A DNA stretch of 64,000 nt from an uncultured Clostridia bacterium (GTDB taxonomy: Bacteria; Bacillota; DTU014): contig FIZI01000001.1 in NCBI GenBank assembly GCA_900016865.1, positions 31,028-95,027 on the forward strand, written 5' to 3'. The notes under the pieces are model-generated. The model ran no database searches. It was not told where the DNA came from and was given only the letters and a program-made list of their open reading frames with translations. Below, piece after piece: positions 13,826-23,120 of this stretch. The number at the start of each line of letters is the position of its first letter. Positions within the stretch are counted from its first letter, which is position 1. The translations under genes were made by a program, and so were the position numbers.

Positions 13826-13885
13826 TCCAGTCTACACGGCAGCAAGCCACATATTAGGCAGGACGTCGCGCTCCAGGGCGCATGC

Positions 13886-14779
13886 TTAGTGGGTTCCGAT
13901 GTATTCGCGAAGGTCGCCCAGATCGGACATATATGCCATCGCGTCTTGGACGGCGTGGTCTGTCAGGCCGATCAGCTGAGCAGCTTCTTCGCGGAGGCGC
14001 TTCTCGAGAGCGTCGACACCGATACCGACTCCAAGCATCGAGGCGATGGCATCTGCGACATGGACAAGACACACCCGGGCTGCGTTGACAGACTTCAGGT
14101 CAGGCTTGTGATGGTCTCCTATCATCGAAACCAGCGACTCTGGGAGATTCCATCGAAGCGCTACTCTTGCGCCGACCTCGGCGTGATCGAATCCCAGCTC
14201 TGCGCGTTCGGCCTCCACAAAGGTTTGGCCGAGTTGGTCAACGCGTTCCAAGATATTGCTGAATCGAGCCGAAACATAATAGCTCAGGATCGTCTTGCCG
14301 ATGTCGTGGAGCAATCCCCCAATGAACACCTCATCCTTGATGGACTTATAACCCAGAGTATCTGCCAAATGCTCTGCACACAGGCCTGTACATAACGAAT
14401 GGTCCCACAGGCTGCCCGCCTCCAGTGCGTAACCGCTGGCAGGGCCCTGCATCAATGAGTATGCAGACAGCGCCAAAACCTGGTTGCGCATGTTGTTGAA
14501 TCCGAGAGTTACGACTGCATCCTTGACAGTAGAGATCCTTCGAACCAGTCCGTAGTACGCTGAGTTGGAGACGCGCAGGATCTTGGCAGTGAGGGCCTGG
14601 TCCTTTTCTATGATGGACACCAAGGCGGTAAGATCCGCGTCAGGGTCCTTCAAGATCTCGAGAACCTTGGCCGCGACAGCAGGGAGAGGCGGAAGATCGC
14701 CGACTCTCCTGAAAATGTCATTCATCATCTGCTCAGCCTGCGGTCTCTGGCGAGCCAACGAATCGGGCATGTCTCTCAA
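13886..14779 (-). CDS. HDOD domain-containing signalling protein
   Basis: 297 aa. LPPLPAVAAKVLEILKDPDADLTALVSIIEKDQALTAKILRVSNSAYYGL and GGLLHDIGK are typical of HDOD (HD-related output domain). Confidence 0.85.
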   Translation of the reverse strand: MRDMPDSLARQRPQAEQMMNDIFRRVGDLPPLPAVAAKVLEILKDPDADLTALVSIIEKDQALTAKILRVSNSAYYGLVRRISTVKDAVVTLGFNNMRNQVLALSAYSLMQGPASGYALEAGSLWDHSLCTGLCAEHLADTLGYKSIKDEVFIGGLLHDIGKTILSYYVSARFSNILERVDQLGQTFVEAERAELGFDHAEVGARVALRWNLPESLVSMIGDHHKPDLKSVNAARVCLVHVADAIASMLGVGIGVDALEKRLREEAAQLIGLTDHAVQDAMAYMSDLGDLREYIGTH

Positions 14780-15507
14780 TTAACATCTCCTCCAGCACCC
14801 CGGATTGCAGTAGTGCCGACAGGTATGCACGGGACGGGGCCTTCTCCGATAACAGAGCAGTACTTGAGATCATCCTTATGCCCGATGCTGCACAGGTACT
14901 CGCCATGACTACTTGAGAACACAGCTTTGGCAGGATCTTCATCGAGATGCTCCCAAACGGACAGGGCTACTAGAGCACCGTCGTCACACTCAACGGATTC
15001 TTGAGACCTGCGCAGCATTGCCACTATCGCACCAGCACAGGCAATGTCTTCGAGACCCGGCCTCTCCAACTTGCCTGCACAAGCCAGATGGACATCACAG
15101 CCTTTGTAGTGCTCCAAGAGCCACTGTACCAGACTATGCAGATTCGCGAAACACCCAACTACTCGTTCGAACTCGTCGTACTTCCTTAACAGGACGGTCC
15201 CATTGGTCGTAGACATGATAAGAGTACGACCGGAAACTACCTCCGGTGAGTATTCAAGCGGGGAATTCCCCAAATCAAACCCGTCAACTCGCTTGCCCAT
15301 CCGCTCACCGCAAAGCAACGCGTCGGGTCTTGATGCTGCTACACGCCAAGCGTCGTCAAGCGTCGCAACAGGTACGACCTCAAGGCACCCGTTGCGAAAA
15401 GCAGTCACTATACTGGTCGATGCCCTTAGTACATCGATTGCCACAACGCAGGATAAGGCACCGTTTGGAGGCGCCTCTGCCAAGCTCAGCGAAACAGAGA
15501 CTTTCAT
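14776..15507 (-). CDS. 2-phosphosulfolactate phosphatase (ComB) family protein
   Basis: 243 aa. VVAIDVLRASTSIVTAFRNGC...VPV is the ComB-family N-terminal signature. Its stop overlaps the HDOD start by 4 nt. Confidence 0.8.
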   Translation of the reverse strand: MKVSVSLSLAEAPPNGALSCVVAIDVLRASTSIVTAFRNGCLEVVPVATLDDAWRVAASRPDALLCGERMGKRVDGFDLGNSPLEYSPEVVSGRTLIMSTTNGTVLLRKYDEFERVVGCFANLHSLVQWLLEHYKGCDVHLACAGKLERPGLEDIACAGAIVAMLRRSQESVECDDGALVALSVWEHLDEDPAKAVFSSSHGEYLCSIGHKDDLKYCSVIGEGPVPCIPVGTTAIRGAGGDVN

Positions 15508-15581
15508 CAGGACCTACTCCCTGCAGCAGGCTCCGCTCTCAAACTCTCTCAAGTCCTAGTCTAGGAATAAAGAAACATGTT

Positions 15582-16652
15582 CTACGGTTTACCCGGTCTT
15601 TCCTCCTTCATAGCGCTCTCCCGCAGAGTCAATCCAGGTACTGCATCCAAGCTAAGACTTGAAAACCGGCCTGCCACATACTGAAAATAGCCTGCACACG
15701 CTATCATGGCAGCGTTGTCAGTACACAGACTCGGTGGAGGGTAATAGAGTGCCAAACCCCTGCGTTCGCATTCAGACTTCAGATCTCTGCGAAGCTGCGT
15801 ATTGGACGCAACGCCTCCTGAGAGTATCACGGTCGACACCTGCTTTGCTTCAGCTGCCCGAGTTATCTTGCCAACAAGAACATCAACTACTGCCTGTTGG
15901 AAGCTGGCTGCTATGTCCGAAATAGGCAGCTCCTGATCAAGCTGTCTCAGCCTATGGACGTGGTTGATCACTGCGGTCTTTAGGCCAGAAAAGCTAAAAT
16001 CGAGATTATCCTCATCAAGCATAGGCCTAGGGAACTCGATCGACTTGGGATTCCCATTCCTTGAGACCTCGTCGATGCGCGGACCGCCCGGATACCCCAG
16101 GCCGAGCACCCTTGCTACCTTATCAAACGCTTCACCCGCCGCGTCATCGCGGGTAGATCCTATCACCGTGTAGGTATGGTCTGGTGCCACGTACAAAATA
16201 TCTGTATGACCGCCGGATACAGTGAGGCAAACAGCAGGCAAGGTCAAGTGCTCGTGTGCCAGTAGGTTGGCGTACACGTGCCCGAGCACATGGTTGACTC
16301 CAATAAGAGGGACCCCGCGTGCCAAAGCGATAGCTTTCGCAGCAGAAATGCCCACAAGCAGGCTCCCCACGAGGCCGGGGCCATAGGCAACTGCTACAGC
16401 TGAGATATCGTCCAAGGTGACATCGGCGTCTCGCAGTGCCTGATCAAGGACACGTACGATGAGCTTCACATGTTGCCTGGAAGCCACTTCTGGAACAACC
16501 CCGCCAAACCGCTGATGTATTGGAATCTGAGACGAAACCACATTGGAACGGATCTTCAGACCCGCTTCAACGACAGCTACCGCAGTTTCATCGCAACTGG
16601 TCTCAATTCCTAAGACCAACGAATTCTCTTTGCACGAAGTACTACTGGCCAT
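15582..16652 (-). CDS. tsaD: tRNA N6-adenosine threonylcarbamoyltransferase
   Basis: 356 aa. LGIETSCDETAVAVV, metal-binding NHVLGHVYA, GGVASN. Confidence 0.96.
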   Translation of the reverse strand: MASSTSCKENSLVLGIETSCDETAVAVVEAGLKIRSNVVSSQIPIHQRFGGVVPEVASRQHVKLIVRVLDQALRDADVTLDDISAVAVAYGPGLVGSLLVGISAAKAIALARGVPLIGVNHVLGHVYANLLAHEHLTLPAVCLTVSGGHTDILYVAPDHTYTVIGSTRDDAAGEAFDKVARVLGLGYPGGPRIDEVSRNGNPKSIEFPRPMLDEDNLDFSFSGLKTAVINHVHRLRQLDQELPISDIAASFQQAVVDVLVGKITRAAEAKQVSTVILSGGVASNTQLRRDLKSECERRGLALYYPPPSLCTDNAAMIACAGYFQYVAGRFSSLSLDAVPGLTLRESAMKEERPGKP

Positions 16653-16659
16653 CTACAAC

Positions 16660-17748
16660 TCACAACTCCTGCAATGCCTTAACAATGTCCTCAGCCCGCG
16701 GCGGACATCCGGGCACATTTCGAGACGCCTTGCTCGCGCAATCGCCTATACCAAGGCCTTCGACAGAAACGCCGCGGTAGCCCTGGCCAATATGTATGTC
16801 CAGATCAAGCGCTCTCCGATTTCCTGATTCTCTGACGCGATAGAGTGCGTGGGTCAAACCGCCTACGCATGCAGAACATGCCTGTCGCTGGTGAACCTTG
16901 CACAGCAGGCTTTGAGCAAGAGATCCGGTTACGATCTGCGAAGGGCGGACCGTTGGGGCTCCTAGTTCGACTACCCTGGTAGGCTCAATGTCTCCTACTC
17001 CAAGTTCGCGTGCTATGCGTATATGCTCGACAGCCAAAGGTTCCAGTCCGATCAGACGAGCACAATAGCTGTCTACCAAGACTGGATCTGCGCCAGCTAT
17101 AATCCGGTCCATCCGCACAGGATTGCCGCCCTCTTCGAATGTCAGGTCTCCGCACAACGCGTCTACGATTATTAGGTCCGACTTCAGCACAGTGTTTAGT
17201 CTCGCTATCGGCTCATGGAGGCCCAAACGATGGAACCGCCTCTTCTCCGAATCAGGTATACATCCCTTCAGATTCTTGAGCGCACAGGTCATTTTGGTCT
17301 GGCAGTGCGCTTTGAGCACTGGGACGTTGATGAGGTAGTCGACGTCTAGCACGTCAGTGCAAACGCGCAACGAGACTCCTCCGGCCTGCACTTCTTTGGC
17401 AGGCGCTCTCTCAAGATTGACCAGCTTGACACCTGTTCTCCTGGCGAGCTCTCTGTACCCGCACGCATCAAACGCCCTATCAGTATCCTCACCTACCCAC
17501 GAGCTTTCCATAACACATATATCGTGCAGCCCTCGTGAGTGCAGGTAGCCTATTAGTGACTCGACCACTTCTGGAGAAGTCGTAGCTCCGGACTTGGCAG
17601 GCTTGGCGACAACCAGATTTGGCTTGATACCTATGCGCAAGGCAGGATCTGCATTGGCTAGCGGGTCGATCTTCTCGAGTAGTGTCCGCACCATCTCAGA
17701 TGGACTGTCTCCATACGCGACGAAGATCTCTGATCTGCTAAACGTCAA
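16660..17748 (-). CDS. DUF362 domain-containing protein (putative Fe-S protein)
   Basis: 362 aa. RIGIKPNLVVAKP..., VPVLKAHCQTKMTCALKNLKGC, and Cys-rich C-terminus CSACVGG...GIGDCASK...GCPP, all typical of DUF362. Lies 7 nt upstream of tsaD. Confidence 0.75.
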   Translation of the reverse strand: MTFSRSEIFVAYGDSPSEMVRTLLEKIDPLANADPALRIGIKPNLVVAKPAKSGATTSPEVVESLIGYLHSRGLHDICVMESSWVGEDTDRAFDACGYRELARRTGVKLVNLERAPAKEVQAGGVSLRVCTDVLDVDYLINVPVLKAHCQTKMTCALKNLKGCIPDSEKRRFHRLGLHEPIARLNTVLKSDLIIVDALCGDLTFEEGGNPVRMDRIIAGADPVLVDSYCARLIGLEPLAVEHIRIARELGVGDIEPTRVVELGAPTVRPSQIVTGSLAQSLLCKVHQRQACSACVGGLTHALYRVRESGNRRALDLDIHIGQGYRGVSVEGLGIGDCASKASRNVPGCPPRAEDIVKALQEL

Positions 17749-17857
17749 TTCCCAACCTCTCCCAATCCGCGATTGTCACATATAGAATACCGCATAGGAC
17801 CAGCTGTGACAACCGGACAGTGAAGCAGCAGTCAGTAGTCAGGGATTGTTAAGCTTG

Positions 17858-17886
17858 TTGCTCTTTCCCGTCTTTTCCCGTATAAT
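17858..17886 (+). promoter_or_regulatory. Sigma-70-type promoter for the FUN14 / zinc-ribbon gene pair
   Basis: TTGCTC (17858-17863), 17-nt spacer, TATAAT (17881-17886). Confidence 0.5.
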
Positions 17887-17951
17887 CAAGTATGTGACTG
17901 TACTGTGAGGCTAGTGCAGTGGTCTGCTCGGTCAAAGAGGAGTGTCCGGGT

Positions 17952-18284
17952 GTGCAAGAGAGCCTTTCGGGTTTTGATTGGGGAAGGCTGCTGGGGCAGC
18001 TAGGTCTTGGAACTGTACTCGGTCTGGCTGTCGGCTACGCGACCAAGAAGGCTATCAAAGTTGCCTTGGTTGTCATAGCTATCGTCCTGCTCATCAGCAT
18101 TGCACTGTCCAAGGTCGGCTTCATTACTGTAAACTGGGATGTCATCGAGCAATGGTGGTCGTCGGCAGTCTCAGATCGCGGAGCTGCAGACATCGCATCC
18201 AGCTGGATACGGTGGTTTGCGAGCAGTATTGCAGTTTCCGGGAGCTTCGTCGGTGGATTCATCATCGGGTTCAAGTCCGGTTAG
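17952..18284 (+). CDS. FUN14 family membrane protein
   Basis: LGLGTVLGLAVGYATKKAIKVALVVIAIVLL resembles the FUN14 fold. I prefer the GTG at 17952, 9 nt after AGAGGAG; the longest ORF starts at 17919, inside the likely 5' UTR. Confidence 0.7.
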   Translation: MQESLSGFDWGRLLGQLGLGTVLGLAVGYATKKAIKVALVVIAIVLLISIALSKVGFITVNWDVIEQWWSSAVSDRGAADIASSWIRWFASSIAVSGSFVGGFIIGFKSG

Positions 18285-18353
18285 TCATGTCCACACGCAT
18301 GCGGAGTGCCGCACTAGTTTCTGTCAAAGAGATGTTGGGAGAGGAGACAACGC

Positions 18354-18773
18354 ATGGCGCAGTCTAGACGGGCCTACAAAATCATCGGACGATCCATACA
18401 GATCATAGGGCTTGCAGTAGCTGTTTGCGGGCTGCTCGCAGGAATCACAGACGCGTGGAATGAACCGCTCTTTTCTAGAATCGCAGGAGGAGTCATAATC
18501 TTAGCTGGGATAGCACTGAGCATAACTGCCGAAGCCTTTCTGCTCTTGTACGCTATTGAAGAAAACACCAGAGAATCCAAACAGATACTGATGCGCCTTG
18601 AAAAGGCCCAAGTAGCACTCACCGGTGACATAGAGGCTGCAGCTGCTGACGCTGATCAGGTGAGTTCAGACACTGCCAAGTCGGAACGCGGTAAGGAGTG
18701 TCCTGAGTGCGGCTGTCCTGTTCGCGCTGGTAAGACACAGTGCCCTGCATGCGGCACGCAGGTGACTGCCTGA
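18354..18773 (+). CDS. Hypothetical membrane protein with C-terminal zinc ribbon
   Basis: 139 aa. Two hydrophobic helices, then CPECGCPVRAGKTQCPACG (CxxC-N10-CxxC). No family recognised. Confidence 0.6.
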   Translation: MAQSRRAYKIIGRSIQIIGLAVAVCGLLAGITDAWNEPLFSRIAGGVIILAGIALSITAEAFLLLYAIEENTRESKQILMRLEKAQVALTGDIEAAAADADQVSSDTAKSERGKECPECGCPVRAGKTQCPACGTQVTA

Positions 18774-18793
18774 CCCACCAGCTGATGAGTCAA

Positions 18794-19237
18794 CTACAGC
18801 TCTTTCCACATCAGTAGGGCGTCTTCGCGCGTGTCCACGTAGTAGCCTCTACGTACGCCTAGCGTCCTAAAGCCGTGCTTCTCGTACAACCCGATGGCTA
18901 CGTGGTTGGATTTCCGCACCTCTAGCGTCATTCGCTTGATAGATCTTCCTTTGCAGTAGTCGATGAAGCCAGACAGAAGCTGCTTTCCGACGCCTTGTCC
19001 CCGGTAGCGGACATCAACTGCGATGTTCGTGATGTGCGCCTCATCGAAGATAAACCACCCACCTATGTACCCTATCACGTCTTCTCCTTTGCATGCGACC
19101 AGGTAGTGGGCTTTGGAGTCGTCTCTAAGCTCTGCTTCGAATGCACTACGGGACCAAGGTGTAGAAAACGCGCTGTTCTCAATCTCGAGGACTCGATCCA
19201 GGTCCCCGTGAGTCATCTTGCGCAAAACTACCGACAC
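18794..19237 (-). CDS. rimI: Ribosomal-protein-alanine N-acetyltransferase (GNAT)
   Basis: GNAT acetyl-CoA motif RGQGVGKQLL; located after tsaB. The GTG at 19237, preceded by AGGAGGGG, is preferred over the longest ORF (19303), which overlaps tsaB. Confidence 0.85.
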   Translation of the reverse strand: MSVVLRKMTHGDLDRVLEIENSAFSTPWSRSAFEAELRDDSKAHYLVACKGEDVIGYIGGWFIFDEAHITNIAVDVRYRGQGVGKQLLSGFIDYCKGRSIKRMTLEVRKSNHVAIGLYEKHGFRTLGVRRGYYVDTREDALLMWKEL

Positions 19238-19289
19238 CCGCAGCAGTCCCCTCCTCGTGATTTGGAGCCCGCGAGCTTCAAGATCGAGA

Positions 19290-20003
19290 TCACTGTGCTC
19301 CACGTTTTTCCGCCCAGCGCACCTCTGCAGCAGACGGTCTAAGGTATGAAGGAGCGAAGTCCATTGCGTCCTCTGATTGGCCTTCTTTGAGAGCGGCCAG
19401 GCCCAACAAAGCGACGTCTGACGGCCTGCACAGAGACGAGGCGGGGTTTGTCAAGACAAGTCGCGCACGTGTGCGCAAACGCAGTATCTCGTGATGCCGG
19501 ATCGCGCCTGACCCTAGAAAGCAGACGTCACCGGGCAAATCGTTCGTCCACTCAATCACTTCGTCTATAGTTGTCAACGATTCGGGGACTACCTCAACCC
19601 CTCTGACTTCGCCAGGTTCGAAGACATAGGCCGAGGCATACACCCTATTCTCCCGCGCGTCAATCAGTGGGACTGCAGTAACACCCAGCCCTGCAACTGC
19701 CTGTGCGATGGCTCTAAGCGTCGAAACGCCTGCCAAGGGTACGCCCAGGCAGTAACAGAGAGTCTTGGCAGCCGTGACGCCGATCCGAAGACCTGTGTAA
19801 GAGCCGGGCCCGCGAGACACTGCCACTCCTGCAATGTCAGATAGACTAAGCCCCGACTCTCTCAGCATAAAGTCGAGAGCAACCATCAAGCGCTCTGAGT
19901 ACTTCCTCCTGACGTCCAGGATGTACTCAGATACCACACTGCTTTCGGTCACCAACGCGACTCCGCCTGAAATCCCAGACGTATCGATTCCTAGCACTAT
20001 CAT
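19290..20003 (-). CDS. tsaB: tRNA threonylcarbamoyladenosine biosynthesis protein TsaB
   Basis: 237 aa. [22 protein letters not shown]. Confidence 0.92.
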   Translation of the reverse strand: MIVLGIDTSGISGGVALVTESSVVSEYILDVRRKYSERLMVALDFMLRESGLSLSDIAGVAVSRGPGSYTGLRIGVTAAKTLCYCLGVPLAGVSTLRAIAQAVAGLGVTAVPLIDARENRVYASAYVFEPGEVRGVEVVPESLTTIDEVIEWTNDLPGDVCFLGSGAIRHHEILRLRTRARLVLTNPASSLCRPSDVALLGLAALKEGQSEDAMDFAPSYLRPSAAEVRWAEKRGAQ

Positions 20004-20494
20004 AGATACTGACTCCCACTGAACAACTCTCTTAACTTCTCCACCAGTTCATCACCGCGTTGCCCAACTCCGGTGACTTCGACCACACGCTCATCAAGCC
20101 CGCTGTAGCTGATAGTCAGAAGAAGATACTGATCGGGGAACACTGACATGAACCGATCAGGCCACTCCACCACGACTACGCTGTCTCCATAGAAAAGCTC
20201 GTCAAGGTCGAGTGCCAATGCTTCTTCTTCAGACTCCAACCTATAAAGATCAATATGCGTCAGACCGACTCTGTCTCCGGAGTAGTGTTTGATCAGTACA
20301 AAGGTGGGGCTAGTCACAGACTCATCAATACCTAGTCCTTTGGCGATCCCCTGTGTGAGGGTAGTCTTCCCAGCGCCCAAATCGCCTGACAGCGCGATCA
20401 CGTCACCCGGATGGCACACCGAGGCTATAATACTGCCAATCTCCCTTGTAGACTCGGACGAAGACGATTTCAACACCAAGCCTGGCTGACTCAC
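20000..20494 (-). CDS. tsaE: tRNA threonylcarbamoyladenosine biosynthesis ATPase TsaE
   Basis: 164 aa. P-loop [23 protein letters not shown]. Confidence 0.92.
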   Translation of the reverse strand: MSQPGLVLKSSSSESTREIGSIIASVCHPGDVIALSGDLGAGKTTLTQGIAKGLGIDESVTSPTFVLIKHYSGDRVGLTHIDLYRLESEEEALALDLDELFYGDSVVVVEWPDRFMSVFPDQYLLLTISYSGLDERVVEVTGVGQRGDELVEKLRELFSGSQYL

Positions 20495-20587
20495 GTCGAT
20501 GCTGTCTCCCTTATGCTTACTGTCGGTTTACTTCAGATGTAGTGTACGGCAATCGTACACCACTACAATCGGATCGAAACTAGTTGA

Positions 20588-20616
20588 ATGATACCAGTCT
20601 GGTGGACAGCAGTCAA
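20588..20616 (-). promoter_or_regulatory. Sigma-70-type promoter for tsaE-tsaB-rimI
   Basis: On the minus strand: TTGACT (20611-20616), 17-nt spacer, TATCAT (20588-20593). A 10-bp hairpin lies in the leader at 20539-20566. Confidence 0.45.
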
Positions 20617-20828
20617 TTCAGTCTCAGGCCTCCCTTAATCCCCTTCCCTATGTGTGTCTGCCATCCCCTCGTATTTCCAATCCTACCTGGCCGATTTCGC
20701 ATGTGAGAGACGGCAGGAATCCGGCCCGTTATGTGGAAGGTTTATCAGGTATAAAACCGCTATTGGTCAAGTAGACAAGCCTGGCAAAACGCAAGCGATG
20801 ACACTGTGACCACAAGGAGGCAATCTTT

Positions 20829-21449
20829 ATGCTTGATGCGTTCTTAAAAGGCGGAGTCATCATGTATCCGATCCTTCTCTGCTCAATAGTCGCCCTTGCG
20901 GTAGTGATTGAGCGCATGATCGTGCTTCTAAGGCGCAACGCTGATGCCGACGAGCTCCTCGAGGATGTCAGGTATGCTGTCGATGCAGGTCGGATAATCG
21001 AAGCCCTGCAGATAGCCAAGCGATCACGCAGCCCGCTGTCAAACATGATCGTCGCTGCCTTAACGAGCATGGGCAAGCCCAGAACAGAAGTCGAAGAAAT
21101 GGTTAGGACGGCAGGCGAGCAAGAACTGCGGCGGCTTGAGAAAAACCTGCCTATACTCGAACTCGTTGTAACGATTGCGCCTATGCTAGGCCTTCTGGGC
21201 ACAGTAGTTGGCATAATAAAGAGTTTCAACGTCCTCGGGGCGACCGCCGGGCTGACCGACCCCGCAGTCCTCAGTATTGGAATTGCCGAAGCTCTCATAA
21301 CCACAGCTGCAGGACTCATAGTCGCAATCCCGACCCAGGCCATGTATACATATCTCAACGGCTTGATTGAACGGCATGTGTCTGTAATGAACAGGAAATC
21401 ATTGGAGATTGTCTCGCTGGCAGTTTCCAATCGGAGTGATGTGGCATGA
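20829..21449 (+). CDS. exbB: MotA/TolQ/ExbB proton-channel protein
   Basis: 206 aa. Three TM helices and channel motif APMLGLLGTVVGII...GIAEALITTAAGL. RBS AAGGAGG upstream. Confidence 0.9.
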   Translation: MLDAFLKGGVIMYPILLCSIVALAVVIERMIVLLRRNADADELLEDVRYAVDAGRIIEALQIAKRSRSPLSNMIVAALTSMGKPRTEVEEMVRTAGEQELRRLEKNLPILELVVTIAPMLGLLGTVVGIIKSFNVLGATAGLTDPAVLSIGIAEALITTAAGLIVAIPTQAMYTYLNGLIERHVSVMNRKSLEIVSLAVSNRSDVA

Positions 21450-21853
21450 CCTTTATCAGACGCCGCAAGACAACCCCTACCATACAGATGACGCCAATGG
21501 TTGACGTTATCTTCTTCCTCTTGACGTTCTTCATTTTGTTCACCACCTTTAAGACTCAAGAGGCCGGCATTGGTCTTGAATTGCCAAGATCCACTACAGC
21601 GCAGAGTCACGACGCAACCTATATCGAGCTGGTGGTCAACGAGGCCGGCAGCGTATTTTACGAAGGCAAACTGGTTTCTCAGTCTATGCTGAGAGAGATC
21701 ATATCGCCGATACTAAAACAGTCACCGAGAATGCCTATCGTCATAAAGGCGGACAGGCGGGCTAGGTATGAGCACGTCTACTCAATCATGGACTTAGTGA
21801 GCCAAGCAGGAGGATCGAGTATCCATCTAGCTGCACGTTTGGATCCTCAGTGA
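21446..21853 (+). CDS. exbD: Biopolymer transport protein ExbD/TolR
   Basis: 135 aa. QMTPMVDVIFFLLTFFI with the conserved TM Asp, plus a periplasmic domain. ATGA overlap with exbB. Confidence 0.9.
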   Translation: MTFIRRRKTTPTIQMTPMVDVIFFLLTFFILFTTFKTQEAGIGLELPRSTTAQSHDATYIELVVNEAGSVFYEGKLVSQSMLREIISPILKQSPRMPIVIKADRRARYEHVYSIMDLVSQAGGSSIHLAARLDPQ

Positions 21854-21856
21854 TAG

Positions 21857-23083
<1,227 letters not shown>

Positions 23084-23120
23084 AGTGCTCATGGCACCGA
23101 TTGATCAGGAGGGAGTACCA

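Noticed and set aside
20617-20828. Cobalamin riboswitch or Fur box ahead of exbB-exbD-tonB.
   Set aside because: There are fragments such as GGAATCCGG, CCGCTATTGG and AAGCCTGGC, but no GCCACUG core and no B12 box. TTGAATGATACCAG is only a weak partial match to a Fur box.
20729-21610. 293-aa minus-strand ORF, with similar long antisense ORFs at 22064-22600, 23444-24022, 48026-48646 and 49642-50379.
   Set aside because: Each lies entirely antisense to a gene with clear family signatures, has low-complexity Ser/Arg/Pro-rich composition and has no RBS. These are typical shadow ORFs.
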